The notes under the pieces are model-generated. The model ran no database searches. It was given only the letters and a program-made list of their open reading frames with translations, and was not told the origin of the DNA. Position numbers and translations under genes: made by a program. Of a stretch of DNA of 64,000 bases, positions 34,005 to 44,925 are shown in pieces (the stretch's first letter is position 1; every line of letters begins with the position of its first letter). The DNA lies in the NCBI GenBank assembly GCA_038523235.1, contig JBCBJQ010000019.1, forward strand, positions 18,674 through 82,673. The letters are read 5' to 3'. This stretch comes from Cyanobacteria bacterium J06626_4 (GTDB lineage Bacteria; Cyanobacteriota; Cyanobacteriia; Phormidesmidales; Phormidesmidaceae).

Positions 34005-34137
34005 CGCTGGGTCGACGCTCCTGGCGAGTCGGTCTGTTCAGGCGGTTCCCTAAACAAACAGCCGGATTTCTCCTTCAAGAAACCCGGCTGTTTGCCCATA
34101 TTGATGAGTCGCGGCTCGTGGAGACAGGGCACACTGC

Positions 34138-34641
34138 CTAGCGCACTTGCATGTACACCGCTTCGGAAAGAGTAGGAATCTCAGCGTATTGACCGCGAAT
34201 TGTTTGTACAAGGGAATATACGATCGCGCCCAAAATACCCAGCAATACAACGTTCAAAATCGTATCGACAAAGAGCCCAGTACCCAGAGCTGGCACCAAG
34301 ACCATATTCAAAATTATCTGACCCAGAATCAAGACGATATCAAGCAAGATGGCCTGCATCGTATTAAAGCGAATGAAATGGCTGATGTTTGTGTTGCGCA
34401 CCACCAGAGTCAGCAGCAAAATAAACACAATCAATCCGGCAAACGGAAAACCCGTATAGATGCGAACGAGCGGACTCAACGGCACGATAATTAATTGCAA
34501 AGCCGGAAACTGAGCAAATAATCCAATGCCCGCTCTGTACGCGAAGGACATCCCCAGCAGAGAAACTTCAATGAGGGGAAGAAGATAGGGCAAACAAGCA
34601 AAAAATCGGTCTTGTGCCGTTGTGGTGCCACGCCAAGTCAT
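34138..34641 (-). CDS. Tic20 family membrane protein
   Basis: MTWRG, ACLPYLLPL, VVRN..ISHFIRFN.MQAILLDI, AEIP.LSEAV.MQV. Confidence 0.9.
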   Translation of the reverse strand: MTWRGTTTAQDRFFACLPYLLPLIEVSLLGMSFAYRAGIGLFAQFPALQLIIVPLSPLVRIYTGFPFAGLIVFILLLTLVVRNTNISHFIRFNTMQAILLDIVLILGQIILNMVLVPALGTGLFVDTILNVVLLGILGAIVYSLVQTIRGQYAEIPTLSEAVYMQVR

Positions 34642-34761
34642 TGAGTCCGCTGAGCCTCTAAATGTTTGATAATTATTCAACATGCTAACTGAGAAAAAGG
34701 CGAAAACCGTCTCCGGCTTAAGACTTTCTCTCGATCTCATCGCTAAGCGATTGCCCTGTGT

Positions 34762-34959
34762 TCAGCCAATATCCGCAATTTTGAAGCCCATTTGACATTC
34801 ATATTGCTGAGGCTGACCCTCCTGCAGCTTCTCTAAAGAACGCCCACAGGTTAACCGTCCGTGATGGAAGCGGGGCTGGCCCATCTGGTCGGCCATCAAA
34901 CAGGTTTGACAAACTGCGGTGGGAGACAGGAGCTGGTCATTCATCATGACAACCAACAT
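34762..34959 (-). CDS. Conserved small cyanobacterial Cys-containing protein
   Basis: MLVV.M..Q......VCQ.CL.AD..GQPR...G.L.CG......YEC.MGF. Confidence 0.7.
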   Translation of the reverse strand: MLVVMMNDQLLSPTAVCQTCLMADQMGQPRFHHGRLTCGRSLEKLQEGQPQQYECQMGFKIADIG

Positions 34960-35233
34960 AAGAATTCCCTTCCAACTATTTTTTGAAAACGCCGATTTGA
35001 ATATGTCTTTATTGTAAGTCAGCTCCCCCTGAGAGTTGTGTGCAAAAATACACACCTTAATAGCCATCAGGGGTTGGGCGTTGTCCATCCCGGAGAGAAG
35101 TCGTTTCTGTGTTCTCTAGCAGTCGCCAGTCCGGTTACGGCAAGGCTGCGGAGCCACTTGGTTGATGTGCGCAAGAGCGGAGCGTTCCTAGAGGCCCTGA
35201 GTAAAGTGACCAGCGCGATAAATGGGTCACTGC

Positions 35234-36037
35234 CTAAGCGTGCTGTTCTGTGAGCCAGCGCGAAAAGTCTTGGGCGGGCGCGATGCGAATACCCCCCTCC
35301 CCGATGTAAGCCACCTCCGGTAAATAGGCTTGCGGCGGCGTTTCGGGCGGGCGGGCAACTTTGTCCGCGATGCGCAGCTGAGTCGGTTCCATATGCAAGG
35401 TCATGATGCGGCAGCGGTGGTTGCCCTGAGAGCCGGCATGGGCGAGTCCTTTGAGTCGGCCCCAAATCACAATGTCGCCCGCGGCCACGATACTGCCGCC
35501 GGGGTTGATGTCACCCAAAATGACGACGGTGCCCTTGTGGCGAATCTCCGTGCCAGAGCGAATGGTGCTCTGCAGATAAAGCGGCTCATCTAGTGACGAG
35601 CCCGATTGGGGGGACGCTTGATTGAGCGGGGTGACAGGGGTGTGCTGCTCGACTGCATAGCCAGCCGTGGCGGCAGCGACCGCCGTTTGGCGGCGGCTGG
35701 TATAGACTCGCTTTAGCTGCAGTTCCGCATCGGTAAGGGCGTCGGCAATTTCTTGCAGTTGACGGCTATCGAGCAGCCGATCGCGAGCGATCAGATGCAC
35801 GGTGCTTTGCGATTGCCAAAAGCGTTCGCCAGCGGTGAGACGATGCTTGAGTTGCTCCCACACTTCGGGCCAAGGCGACAGCGTAGCCGAGGGTTCCGGT
35901 GGCAGCAGCAGCAAGACTTTGCCTGCCTGACTCTTGAGCCGCACCTGAACGTTAGGATCGACTTCAGGGCTGGCGGCATCAGGCGCTGCCTCGGCGGGAG
36001 CAACATCAGCGTTAACAGGGGGAGAATCCAAGCTCAT
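35234..36037 (-). CDS. minC: Septum site-determining protein MinC
   Basis: TIRSG.EI...G.VVILGDINPG, G.L.G.AHAG, QLRIAD, PEVAY. Confidence 0.95.
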   Translation of the reverse strand: MSLDSPPVNADVAPAEAAPDAASPEVDPNVQVRLKSQAGKVLLLLPPEPSATLSPWPEVWEQLKHRLTAGERFWQSQSTVHLIARDRLLDSRQLQEIADALTDAELQLKRVYTSRRQTAVAAATAGYAVEQHTPVTPLNQASPQSGSSLDEPLYLQSTIRSGTEIRHKGTVVILGDINPGGSIVAAGDIVIWGRLKGLAHAGSQGNHRCRIMTLHMEPTQLRIADKVARPPETPPQAYLPEVAYIGEGGIRIAPAQDFSRWLTEQHA

Positions 36038-36163
36038 GAGCGGCAGTCAACGTCGTAGACATTACGCTAGTCATGCCATCTTAAATCAGGATGTCGGGAC
36101 TGGGGCAGGCAATCGAGCCGTTCTTGGGGATGGGCTCCCGGTCGGCCAGGGGAAACGGCAAAA

Positions 36164-37171
36164 ATGACCTGGAGTGCGTTGCATGCCCACTTACATCAAA
36201 CCCTGCGATCGCGCACCACTACCGTTCACACCGATCAGCCCCAGCCGCTGCTACCGCCTCAAGCCCGCGTCCTGGTTGCTGTTTCCGGCGGGCAAGACTC
36301 GCAATGTTTGTTGCGATTGCTGATTGATTTGCAGCCCAAATGGCACTGGCAACTCTACGGCATTCACTGCAACCATCGCTGGCGTGCCGACGCTGACGCC
36401 AACGCTGCTTTTGTTCATCAGCTCACTACTGATTGGGGGGTGCCCTGCCAGGTGAAAACGGCGGTGCAGCCGCTGACCAGTGAGGCCACCGCCCGACAAT
36501 GGCGCTATCAGGTTTTTGCTGAAGTCGCTCATCAAATTGGCTGTACCCATGTCGTGACCGGACACACCGCTAGCGATCGCGCCGAGACGCTACTGTTTAA
36601 CTTGGTGCGAGGCAGTGGTTTAGATGGTTTACAGGCACTGACCTGGTGCCGACCCCTCAACGCCACCGCGACCGATCTTTCCTTAGTCCGTCCTTTGTTG
36701 GATGTCACCCGCACCCAGACTCAACAGTTTTGCGAAACCTGGCAAATTCCCATCTGGGAAGATGCCACCAATACTGATCCCACCTATCGCCGCAATCGAC
36801 TGCGCCTGGATATTTTGCCGCCGCTGCGCGAGCACTTTAACCCGCAGGTCGATGCCACCCTCGCTCAAACGGCAGAAATTTTAACCGCCGAGGTGGAATA
36901 TTTGCATGCCCAGATGGCGATCGCATTTGCTCAGTGCGTCGTGCAGGGTCGGTTGCAGCGGCGATCGCTGCGCGAGATGCCCCTCGCTTTGCAGCGGCGG
37001 GTAATTCGCCAACTGCTGATGCAGCAGCTCCAGATATCGCCCCAGTTTGCTCAGGTCGACAAGGTGATCGCCCTACTCGATGCCCCCAATCGCAGCCAGT
37101 CTGATCCGTTTCCCGGTGGGGCGATCGCGATGGTCGATGACCCGTGGATTGTGGTGCAGCCGCCCTCATGA
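36164..37171 (+). CDS. tilS: tRNA(Ile)-lysidine synthetase
   Basis: AVSGGQDS PP-loop, H.NH..R, TGHT..DRAET, RN.LR. Confidence 0.95.
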   Translation: MTWSALHAHLHQTLRSRTTTVHTDQPQPLLPPQARVLVAVSGGQDSQCLLRLLIDLQPKWHWQLYGIHCNHRWRADADANAAFVHQLTTDWGVPCQVKTAVQPLTSEATARQWRYQVFAEVAHQIGCTHVVTGHTASDRAETLLFNLVRGSGLDGLQALTWCRPLNATATDLSLVRPLLDVTRTQTQQFCETWQIPIWEDATNTDPTYRRNRLRLDILPPLREHFNPQVDATLAQTAEILTAEVEYLHAQMAIAFAQCVVQGRLQRRSLREMPLALQRRVIRQLLMQQLQISPQFAQVDKVIALLDAPNRSQSDPFPGGAIAMVDDPWIVVQPPS

Positions 37172-37310
37172 CGGCAAGATTCAGCGGCGATCGCCGTTCT
37201 CTGCAGTCACAAATACCTGCTGAAGAGGGGCTCAAACACCCTCACCGCCAACGCTGTGATCTTCCGCAGCCCGTTATACTGACGGGGGACTCATAGGAGC
37301 ACAGAAAGTT

Positions 37311-37949
37311 TTGGGCGTCGATCTGCGCAGCTACGTATACATTGACAGCCTGCAACCGCAGCACGCCGCTTATATGGGAACCGTAGCCGTCGGGTTTTTG
37401 CCACTACCGGGCGATTCATCGCTCTGGCTCGAAATTTCCCCCGGTATTGAAATCAACCGCCTGATGGATATTGCTCTCAAGTCAGCCGTCGTGCGCCCTG
37501 CTGTACTGATGGTTGAGCGGCTTTACGGTAACTTAGAAATTCACGCCAGTAGTCAGGCGGAAGTGCATGCTGCCGGCCGCGCGATGCTGGACGCGATCGG
37601 CGTCAGTCGGCGCGATTGTCTGCGCCCTCGAGTGATTTCTAGTCAGGTCATTCGTAACCTCGACCCGCACCACGTGCAGCTAATTAACCGCAGCCGCCGC
37701 GGTAATATGATTGTGGCCGGTCAAACCCTTTATGTTTTTGAGGTGGAGCCGGCGGCCTATGCTTCCCTGGCCGCCAACGAAGCCGAAAAAGCCGCCCTCA
37801 TCAACATTCTGCAAATCAATGCAGTCGGCAGCTTTGGGCGACTGTATTTGGGCGGTGAAGAACGCGATATTCTGGCCGCGCAGCAGGCTGTTTTGTCTGT
37901 GATGGAAAGCTTGCCAGGGCGCGACCAAACAGATTTGCGCAACGAATAA
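37311..37949 (+). CDS. ccmP: Tandem BMC-domain carboxysome shell protein CcmP
   Basis: [54 protein letters not shown] start after AGGAG. Confidence 0.9.
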   Translation: MGVDLRSYVYIDSLQPQHAAYMGTVAVGFLPLPGDSSLWLEISPGIEINRLMDIALKSAVVRPAVLMVERLYGNLEIHASSQAEVHAAGRAMLDAIGVSRRDCLRPRVISSQVIRNLDPHHVQLINRSRRGNMIVAGQTLYVFEVEPAAYASLAANEAEKAALINILQINAVGSFGRLYLGGEERDILAAQQAVLSVMESLPGRDQTDLRNE

Positions 37950-38039
37950 CCAGGTTCACTGTGCTCTGGCCAGACCGTTTTGTCAGGGTTCGACAGTGTG
38001 CCAAACCCTGACAGTCGGTACAGATTGCTGAGCAACGCT

Positions 38040-39137
38040 CTAAGCTGACTGACTCATCGCTAAGGACGGATAGTCCGTATAGCCCCGCTCGTCACCCCCA
38101 TAAAACGTGTTGGGGTCAGGCTCATTGAGCGGCGCATTCAGCTTAAATCGCTGGGGCAGGTCAGGGTTAGCAATAAACAGCTTGCCGTAGGAGACCAAAT
38201 CCGCTTCGCCCGCCGCGATCGCGGCATTGCCCTTAGCCTGGTCATAATCCCAATTCGTCATCAGGTTGCCGTCATACAGCGGACGAAATTCGCGGGTGGG
38301 AATCGGCGTGCCGCCATAACGCAAATCGGCTTCGCTAGGTTCTAACAGATGCACATAAGCCAGGTTGAACTCATTCAGCGCCTGCACCGCATAGCTAAAG
38401 GTGGCCTTTGGATCAGAGTCGCTCATACCGTTAAATGTATTGCTGGGTGACAACCGCACGCCGACGCGATCGCTGCCCCAGACTTCGACGACTGCTTGTG
38501 TGATTTCTAGCAAGAGGCGGGCGCGATTTTCGACGGAGCCGCCGTAGGCATCGGTGCGATGGTTGCTGCCATCGCGCAAAAACTGATCGAGCAGATAGCC
38601 GTTGGCCCCATGGACTTCGACCCCGTCAAAGCCTGCCGCCAGCGCATTTTTTGCGCCCTGTCGGAACTGTTCTACAATCTCCGGAATTTCATCCAGTTCT
38701 AACGCGCGAGGTGTGACGAAGGGTTGCATGCCCTCGTAGGTCATGGCTTCACCTGCTGGTTGCAGAGCGCTAGGGGCAACGGGCAATTCGCCGTTGTGAA
38801 AGGAGGGATGAGAAACCCGGCCCACATGCCACAGCTGCAGAAAAATCCGACCGCCCTGCTGATGAACACTGTCGGTGACGCGCTGCCAGGCCGCCACCTG
38901 TGCCTGCGAATAGATGCCAGGGGTGTGCGGATAGCCCTGACCTAATGGGGCTACTTGGGTCGCTTCGGTAATGATCAGTCCAGCGGATGCCCGCTGCCGG
39001 TAATACTCCGCATGCATCGCGATGGGGGCATCATCAGCTCCGGCTCGATTGCGCGTGAGGGGAGCCATGACGATGCGATTCGGCAGCTCATAGCGCCCGA
39101 GCTGAATGGGGGTAAACAGATCTTTAGAATGAGTCAT
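38040..39137 (-). CDS. Alkene reductase (Old Yellow Enzyme, NemA-like)
   Basis: NRIVMAPLTR.R, QLWHVGR, EVHGANGYLLDQF, GYTDYP. Confidence 0.93.
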   Translation of the reverse strand: MTHSKDLFTPIQLGRYELPNRIVMAPLTRNRAGADDAPIAMHAEYYRQRASAGLIITEATQVAPLGQGYPHTPGIYSQAQVAAWQRVTDSVHQQGGRIFLQLWHVGRVSHPSFHNGELPVAPSALQPAGEAMTYEGMQPFVTPRALELDEIPEIVEQFRQGAKNALAAGFDGVEVHGANGYLLDQFLRDGSNHRTDAYGGSVENRARLLLEITQAVVEVWGSDRVGVRLSPSNTFNGMSDSDPKATFSYAVQALNEFNLAYVHLLEPSEADLRYGGTPIPTREFRPLYDGNLMTNWDYDQAKGNAAIAAGEADLVSYGKLFIANPDLPQRFKLNAPLNEPDPNTFYGGDERGYTDYPSLAMSQSA

Positions 39138-39375
39138 CGGGGACCAAACCTGCGTAAAGAGGATAATCGGCAGCAGCAGCTGAGCTGGGGGCAAACCACC
39201 GCCCAACTCAGCGCTGCAATCATGAAACGTCTTATCTAACCCGGCATCCATCCTGGTGAAGCGGCTGGATGACAAGGTTGTAATTAAGGGAAATCGCGAC
39301 TCACTTAAGGCAGAATCGCGATCGCGCTAACGGGGCTCGTAAGAAAGAATCAGTGCCCCATCAGCAAGAAACGGT

Positions 39376-39702
39376 CTAGGCCAGATAGCGATCGAGGGTC
39401 TGAGCCAGAGTGACTTTGGGCACTGCTCCTACCACTTGGTCAACCACTTGGCCACCCTTAAAAACGATCAGGGTAGGAATGCTACGAATCCCGTATTGAG
39501 ACGCGATCGCCGCTTGGTCATCCGTATTGACCTTGACGACTTTGGCCCGGCCCTCATACTCTTGAGCGATTTGATCAACTACGCCAGAGACGAGGCGACA
39601 AGGCCCACACCAGGGAGCCCAAAAGTCGACCAGCACGGGCAAGTCGTTTTGTAGAACGTCAGTGTCGAAAGTTGCTTGGGTAATTTCTGCAACGGCGGAC
39701 AT
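39376..39702 (-). CDS. trxA: Thioredoxin (TrxA2-like)
   Basis: [26 protein letters not shown]. Confidence 0.93.
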   Translation of the reverse strand: MSAVAEITQATFDTDVLQNDLPVLVDFWAPWCGPCRLVSGVVDQIAQEYEGRAKVVKVNTDDQAAIASQYGIRSIPTLIVFKGGQVVDQVVGAVPKVTLAQTLDRYLA

Positions 39703-39750
39703 GTCAATACCTCCGTTTACCTTAATAATGGATGTGAGGCGAGAATAACA

Positions 39751-39773
39751 ATTGTTCAATTTTTTCGAACAAT
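39751..39773. promoter_or_regulatory. Putative operator of the ArsR/RexT-like repressor
   Basis: ATTGTTC-N9-GAACAAT inverted repeat in the short divergent trx/regulator spacer. Confidence 0.6.
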
Positions 39774-39807
39774 CAAACTATAGCTCGCTTGGCGAGAGAC
39801 TGCAACC

Positions 39808-40140
39808 ATGAGACCGATTTATCATCCAGCCAAATCTGATCTGTCGCTAGCGGGGGTGTTGTACGCCCTTGGTGACCCGGTGCGGCTAGAGATTGTGAAG
39901 CGCTTGGCCGACGTGCCTGGACTGCCCTGTGCGGCGATTGAGGTTTCGGTAGCTAAGTCAACCCTGTCCCATCACTTCAAGATTTTGCGCGAGGCGGGGG
40001 TGATTGTTTGCCAAAAGCAAGGCACTCAGCATCTGAATTCTTTGCGGATTGAGGATCTGAGCGATCGCTTTCCTGGCTTGCTCGAAGCCGTGCTGCAGTC
40101 TGCCGGCGATGTACCCAAGGCGACGGTGCCACCGCAATGA
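39808..40140 (+). CDS. ArsR-family redox-sensing regulator (RexT-like)
   Basis: VLYALGDP.RLEIV, AKST.S.HFKILRE.G, FPGLL.AVL; divergent from thioredoxin as in Anabaena rexT-trxA2. Confidence 0.85.
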   Translation: MRPIYHPAKSDLSLAGVLYALGDPVRLEIVKRLADVPGLPCAAIEVSVAKSTLSHHFKILREAGVIVCQKQGTQHLNSLRIEDLSDRFPGLLEAVLQSAGDVPKATVPPQ

Positions 40141-40194
40141 CCCAGACTTTCTCGAACCGTCCGGTTTACTGCCAGGCTGTCCCCTTGGCGCGGG

Positions 40195-41238
40195 CTACAG
40201 TAGCTCCACTCGTTGGCCATCCTGATTGAGTGATTGGGAAAGGGCTACCAATGCGCTGACGAGGTCGGTGCCGATTTGACCTGACGAAATCTCGGAATTT
40301 TGATTGTCGGCCACGCACTGGATGAAATGCTGGCAGACCGCTTTGAGTGGTTCACCCGGTGGCACCGTAACGACTTCGCGTTCAAGATCGGTGGGCACAA
40401 AGTATAGGCCTTGCGGCTCAAACGCACCGCGCTGCAGCACGAGCGGTGCAGTGGGCTGCATCTCGTCAAAGACCAGGGTGCCGCGATCTCCCACCACACC
40501 CAGCCGTCGCTGTTTGTCGGGATTGGCCCAACTGACGTGAATCGTGGCTTCAAAGCCGCTGGAATAAAACAGCCGTAGCCACGCCACGTCGGCTAAGCCC
40601 TTGGGGAAGTGCTCAGCCGATGTGCGATCGCCCTGCAGCCAGATCTGTCCTTGGGCGGAAACGGCGATCGGCGTCTCACCCAGCCAATAGTTAAAAATAG
40701 CGATGTCGTGGATGGACAAGTCCCATAGGGCATCGACATCAGGCCGCACGGGCCCCAGATTAGTGCGAGTGGCATAGCCGTAGCGCAGCGTGCCCAGGGA
40801 GTCTTTGGCCAGCACTGACTGCCCGGTCTGCACAACGGGGTGAAACAAATACGTGTGGTCAATGACGAGCTGCAAATCGTGTTGCTCAGCCAGGGCACAG
40901 AGTTCCTCACTGGCGGCGACGTTGAGGGTGAGGGGTTTTTCGGCTAGGACGTGTTTGCCCTGTTGTAGCGCGGTTTTGATCAGGGCGTAATGAGTTGCAG
41001 CGGGCGTGGCGATCACGACGGCATCGATATCGGTGCGGGTTAAGACGGCGTCAGCATCAGCCGTCAGCTCAACTGAGTCCGCTAGACCAAATTTGTTGCG
41101 AATCTCAGTGTGCTGCTCGGTGCGAGGCTCTACGACAGCGACGACCTCAACTGTCGGCAGGGCCAGAAAGTTTCTCAGCAGATGGTTGCCCCATCGCCCG
41201 ACGCCAAACTGTGCTAACCGAATGCGATCGCCCGTCAT
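40195..41238 (-). CDS. Gfo/Idh/MocA oxidoreductase
   Basis: G.GRWG, IATPA.TH, HVLAEKP, WDL..HD. Confidence 0.9.
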   Translation of the reverse strand: MTGDRIRLAQFGVGRWGNHLLRNFLALPTVEVVAVVEPRTEQHTEIRNKFGLADSVELTADADAVLTRTDIDAVVIATPAATHYALIKTALQQGKHVLAEKPLTLNVAASEELCALAEQHDLQLVIDHTYLFHPVVQTGQSVLAKDSLGTLRYGYATRTNLGPVRPDVDALWDLSIHDIAIFNYWLGETPIAVSAQGQIWLQGDRTSAEHFPKGLADVAWLRLFYSSGFEATIHVSWANPDKQRRLGVVGDRGTLVFDEMQPTAPLVLQRGAFEPQGLYFVPTDLEREVVTVPPGEPLKAVCQHFIQCVADNQNSEISSGQIGTDLVSALVALSQSLNQDGQRVELL

Positions 41239-41659
41239 AACTTCCGCCTCTAACCGATGTGTTAAGGCCACCTTGTCGGGTTGCCCTTACTTCAAAAATG
41301 CCCGTCTGGGGGGTGAAACCCCCACCCGGAGAATTGCTCTTTCCACCCGATTGAGCGCCAGCATCGGTCAGTTTTGCCAGATGCAACTACGCTTCTGAGC
41401 TGTTGACTGAATGCTTTTAGAGAGGGGCGTTTGGCTTGTTTCTGATGGTGAGCTCAGGAGTTGCACAGCGATAGCAGAAGTCGGCATGCAGAAGTCGGCA
41501 GTTGGAGTTGAAAAGCTTTTCAGATGTTGATTGCAGCTATCCTGAGTGAGCTGATCAAACTGCGGCCTGCCATCTTAGATAACGAGCTATTTACGAAGAT
41601 GATGCAATGCGGTAGAGCTTCTGCCCTAATCGTTGCGATCGCCAACCCCGTCCCGCAAT

Positions 41660-42628
41660 TTACTCGGTATCAGCAGGCGGCTTCTGGGCCAAGATTGCTC
41701 GATGTCGAGGGTCTGTTTCTTGCGTGACAATGCGCTGAAAGCCGATCGCCGCAAGGGCAGCTTCAATATCAAAAGTGTAGTAATCGTCGCTCCAGGGTTC
41801 GGTGCTTTTCATCAGGGTAAACAGCACCGGCGGCAGCTTTTGAATCACCTCAGATTTGGGATTGTTGTCAGCGATCGCCAACGTGCCCCCCGGCGTCAAC
41901 AGTCGCAGCGCTTCTTGAAAAATGGCGCGAGCTGCCGCCCGAGGTAATTCGTGGGTGACAAACTGCAGCATGATCACGTCATAGGTGGCGGCAGGCAGTC
42001 CGGTATCTTCTGCCAGCGCATGCCGCCATTGCGCAATTTCGTTCTGCGTATCCCGCATTTGAGCGACGGCGAGCATATAAGGCGATAGGTCTAAGCCGGT
42101 CGTGGCGATCGGGGCCGTCTGTCGCTGCTGCAAAAAGCGGTGGGTGGTGAACGTTGAGATGCCCACTGAACAGCCCATGTCCAAAAGCCGAGTGACTGGT
42201 TCTGGCCGATAAGCGCCCAACACCTCGTGAAAGGTGCTCCTTAGCCGCGCCTGCGCTGCTTGCCAGGTCAACCCTTCATGCGGCCAGACGCGCAGCGCCA
42301 TGGAGTACGTGGCGGATTCGGCTTCAAAGGCAGCCTGCCAGCAGAGATTACCCGCGTCATAGGCGTGAAATGGCACCTGATAATACGCGGGATAGGTGAC
42401 CGCAGCATTCTCAATATCAGGCAACAGCGCCTTGATCTCAGAGGCTTCAAACTCAGCAAAAGTCTGACGCCAGGGAATCCCATTTTTCTCAGCCGTCTTG
42501 ATCAAGACTTGCCGGGCCTGACGCTTCATCAAGGCATATAGGGGCTTGGTCTGAATCAATAAATTCACGACCTTAGACAAAAAGTCATCCCCGGCCCAAG
42601 CTGGTTTGTGCGTTCCCGTTGCCGTCAT
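41660..42628 (-). CDS. Class I SAM-dependent methyltransferase
   Basis: FHAYD.GNLCW, LDMGCSVG, GLDLSPY.L, HELP. Confidence 0.88.
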   Translation of the reverse strand: MTATGTHKPAWAGDDFLSKVVNLLIQTKPLYALMKRQARQVLIKTAEKNGIPWRQTFAEFEASEIKALLPDIENAAVTYPAYYQVPFHAYDAGNLCWQAAFEAESATYSMALRVWPHEGLTWQAAQARLRSTFHEVLGAYRPEPVTRLLDMGCSVGISTFTTHRFLQQRQTAPIATTGLDLSPYMLAVAQMRDTQNEIAQWRHALAEDTGLPAATYDVIMLQFVTHELPRAAARAIFQEALRLLTPGGTLAIADNNPKSEVIQKLPPVLFTLMKSTEPWSDDYYTFDIEAALAAIGFQRIVTQETDPRHRAILAQKPPADTE

Positions 42629-42682
42629 GGAGTTAAGCCGCTTTATATGCGCCTTTTATCCTAAGGTACTGACCGGGCAGAA

Positions 42683-43384
42683 TCAAAAGTTATCGGGATT
42701 GAGGGGACGACCGCTGTTGTTATTCAGTCGGGTACCGGTGCCGCCATCGGCGGCATCGAGGAAGGGCTGCAGTTCAATGTTGCCGCTGTTGCCCGAGCGA
42801 CCAGAGGGCAAACCGAGCACATCCCCCAGGCCATCCAAGATGTTGTCACCTTCTACAAAGGTGTTAACGCCGTCGGTCGTCTGCCCTTGATCCGCTAGCA
42901 CGAGATTGTCAAACACCATATCCCGAGTGATGACGGGGTCTTGACCCGGCGGCACCGTAAACACAATGCGACAGCTGGGGACCGATTCTGTTGTGACACA
43001 CACGGTGTTGTAGCCGTTCTCTTGACCGGTTTGGAGTTCTAATAGGCCATCAGGACGATATTCTTCGAGCCGACGGCTGATTTCCGCACAGCGACGGTCG
43101 GCGGGCCAGGCACTGCCCATGTCAGCTGGGGTCGCCCAGGCATACATTGCCCCTGGTTGGCTCGTGGGCGCATACATCACAGTGTATTCACCGTTTTGGA
43201 GCTGGCAGGTAAACCGCGCCTCATCTGATTCAGTCGTGGGTTCAGCCGGCTCAACTTCTTCGGCATCCGGATTCTCAGCGTCTGGCTCAGTTTGCGCCGT
43301 TGCCCGATCGCCCGCCGCGCCCATCGCGATCGCTAAGCTGCCCACTAATACTGCGGTCGTAAACCCTTGCCATCTATGCGCCAT
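42683..43384 (-). CDS. COP23-domain exported protein
   Basis: Signal peptide, RF.C, W...RC.EIS.R, TG..NGY..VC. Confidence 0.75.
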   Translation of the reverse strand: MAHRWQGFTTAVLVGSLAIAMGAAGDRATAQTEPDAENPDAEEVEPAEPTTESDEARFTCQLQNGEYTVMYAPTSQPGAMYAWATPADMGSAWPADRRCAEISRRLEEYRPDGLLELQTGQENGYNTVCVTTESVPSCRIVFTVPPGQDPVITRDMVFDNLVLADQGQTTDGVNTFVEGDNILDGLGDVLGLPSGRSGNSGNIELQPFLDAADGGTGTRLNNNSGRPLNPDNF

Positions 43385-43503
43385 TGTTTTGTGTCTCCTG
43401 ATGCGATTGCTGACCCGATTGTTCCTAGTCAGCCATCTATGACGGAGTGCCCACATCAGAAGTTTCCACGCTGGTTACAAATCTACAAATCCCACGATGC
43501 TCT

Positions 43504-44646
43504 TTAAAGACTCACCGGCTGCGTTTCTGGCGGTGGGGGCACGGTGGCTTCGAAACTTGTGCTTATGGGACTGTCAACGGGTGGGGGCAGCTCAGCGATT
43601 GCCGAATCGTCATCTAACGTCGCTTCAGTCATCCGCTCGGGCGCTTCCACTGGCCCCAGTTCGTCCAGCTTGTCCCAAATGGTTTGTAGCAGCTCACCTA
43701 AGTTTTGCTGCGCTACGGCTGAAATCGCAAACACCGGCTGCTGCGTCGCTTCTGCCATCAGTTCGGTCAATACCTGCGCATCCTCTGCCGACATCGCATC
43801 AATTTTATTGAGCGCTAAAAACTGGGGGCGATCGCTCAACTCATGGCCATAGGCCGCTAGTTCCTCCTGAATGATGCGATAGTCACTGAGCGGGTCAGGC
43901 GCCGTCGCGTCGACTAAATGCAGCAGCAAGCGAGTCCGTTCGATGTGGCGCAAAAATTCATGGCCCAAACCCAAACCGTCGTGAGCCCCGGCAATCAAGC
44001 CCGGAATATCAGCAAAGACCGTGCCATCGCCCGTTGGTTTGCGCACCACGCCGAGATTGGGCACTAGCGTGGTGAACGGATAATCAGCAATCTTGGGTCG
44101 CGCGGCGGACAGCGCTGAAATCAGCGTTGACTTGCCCGCATTCGGCAGACCAATGATGCCTACCTCAGCCAACAGTTTCAGCTCTAAGCGAATGCGCCGC
44201 ACTTCGCCCTCTAAACCGGGCAAAGCATATTCCGGTGCGCGGTTGCGGTTGCTCAAAAAGTGCTTATTACCCAGGCCGCCTTTGCCCCCTGCCGCCACTT
44301 GCAGCGTCTGTTGCGCCAGCACCAAATCACCCAGCAGTTCATCGGTATCGGCATCATACACTGTGGTGCCACAGGGTACTTCGATATACCGGTCTTCGCC
44401 GCAGGCCCCGGTGCGATTGCTCGGGCCGCCTCGCATGCCTGGTTTCGCTTTGAATTCGTGGGCGTAGCGGAAATCAAGCAGCGTCTGCAGATTCGTTTCT
44501 GCAATCAAATAAACTGAGCCGCCATGACCGCCATTGCCCCCCGCCGGCCCCCCCGCCGGCACATATTTTTCGCGACGAAAGGACACCATGCCGTCGCCTC
44601 CGTTGCCGCCCACCACAGTGACTTCGACTAAATCAACAAACTTCAC
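43504..44646 (-). CDS. obgE: GTPase ObgE
   Basis: [38 protein letters not shown]. Confidence 0.98.
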   Translation of the reverse strand: MKFVDLVEVTVVGGNGGDGMVSFRREKYVPAGGPAGGNGGHGGSVYLIAETNLQTLLDFRYAHEFKAKPGMRGGPSNRTGACGEDRYIEVPCGTTVYDADTDELLGDLVLAQQTLQVAAGGKGGLGNKHFLSNRNRAPEYALPGLEGEVRRIRLELKLLAEVGIIGLPNAGKSTLISALSAARPKIADYPFTTLVPNLGVVRKPTGDGTVFADIPGLIAGAHDGLGLGHEFLRHIERTRLLLHLVDATAPDPLSDYRIIQEELAAYGHELSDRPQFLALNKIDAMSAEDAQVLTELMAEATQQPVFAISAVAQQNLGELLQTIWDKLDELGPVEAPERMTEATLDDDSAIAELPPPVDSPISTSFEATVPPPPETQPVSL

Positions 44647-44925
44647 GACCGCCTCGCCTCCTAAAAACTGAAATGCAGGAGGGACGACTCGGCTATCACC
44701 CGAGAATCAACAATCAGCCTGCGCTAGGAACCTCTATCCTATAGCGTGTCTTCTCAAAATGGCACCAATTGCAGGGCGGGATACCGGAGGAAATTGCCAC
44801 GGATCGAACCGGGTCGCCGACCGTTCAGCGCTATGCCCAAACGCACCGTGATCGCCTGATCCGGCAATCTGCAACTCTAGCCGAGAAATGGGCGGGTGGA
44901 GTGGCTTAATGCGAGCGCGTACCCC

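Noticed and set aside
41302..41329. GC hairpin TGGGGGGTGAAACCCCCA upstream of the Gfo/Idh gene as SRP RNA or a riboswitch
   Set aside because: Lacks the SRP core motif and matches no riboswitch I recognise; an Rfam scan would be needed
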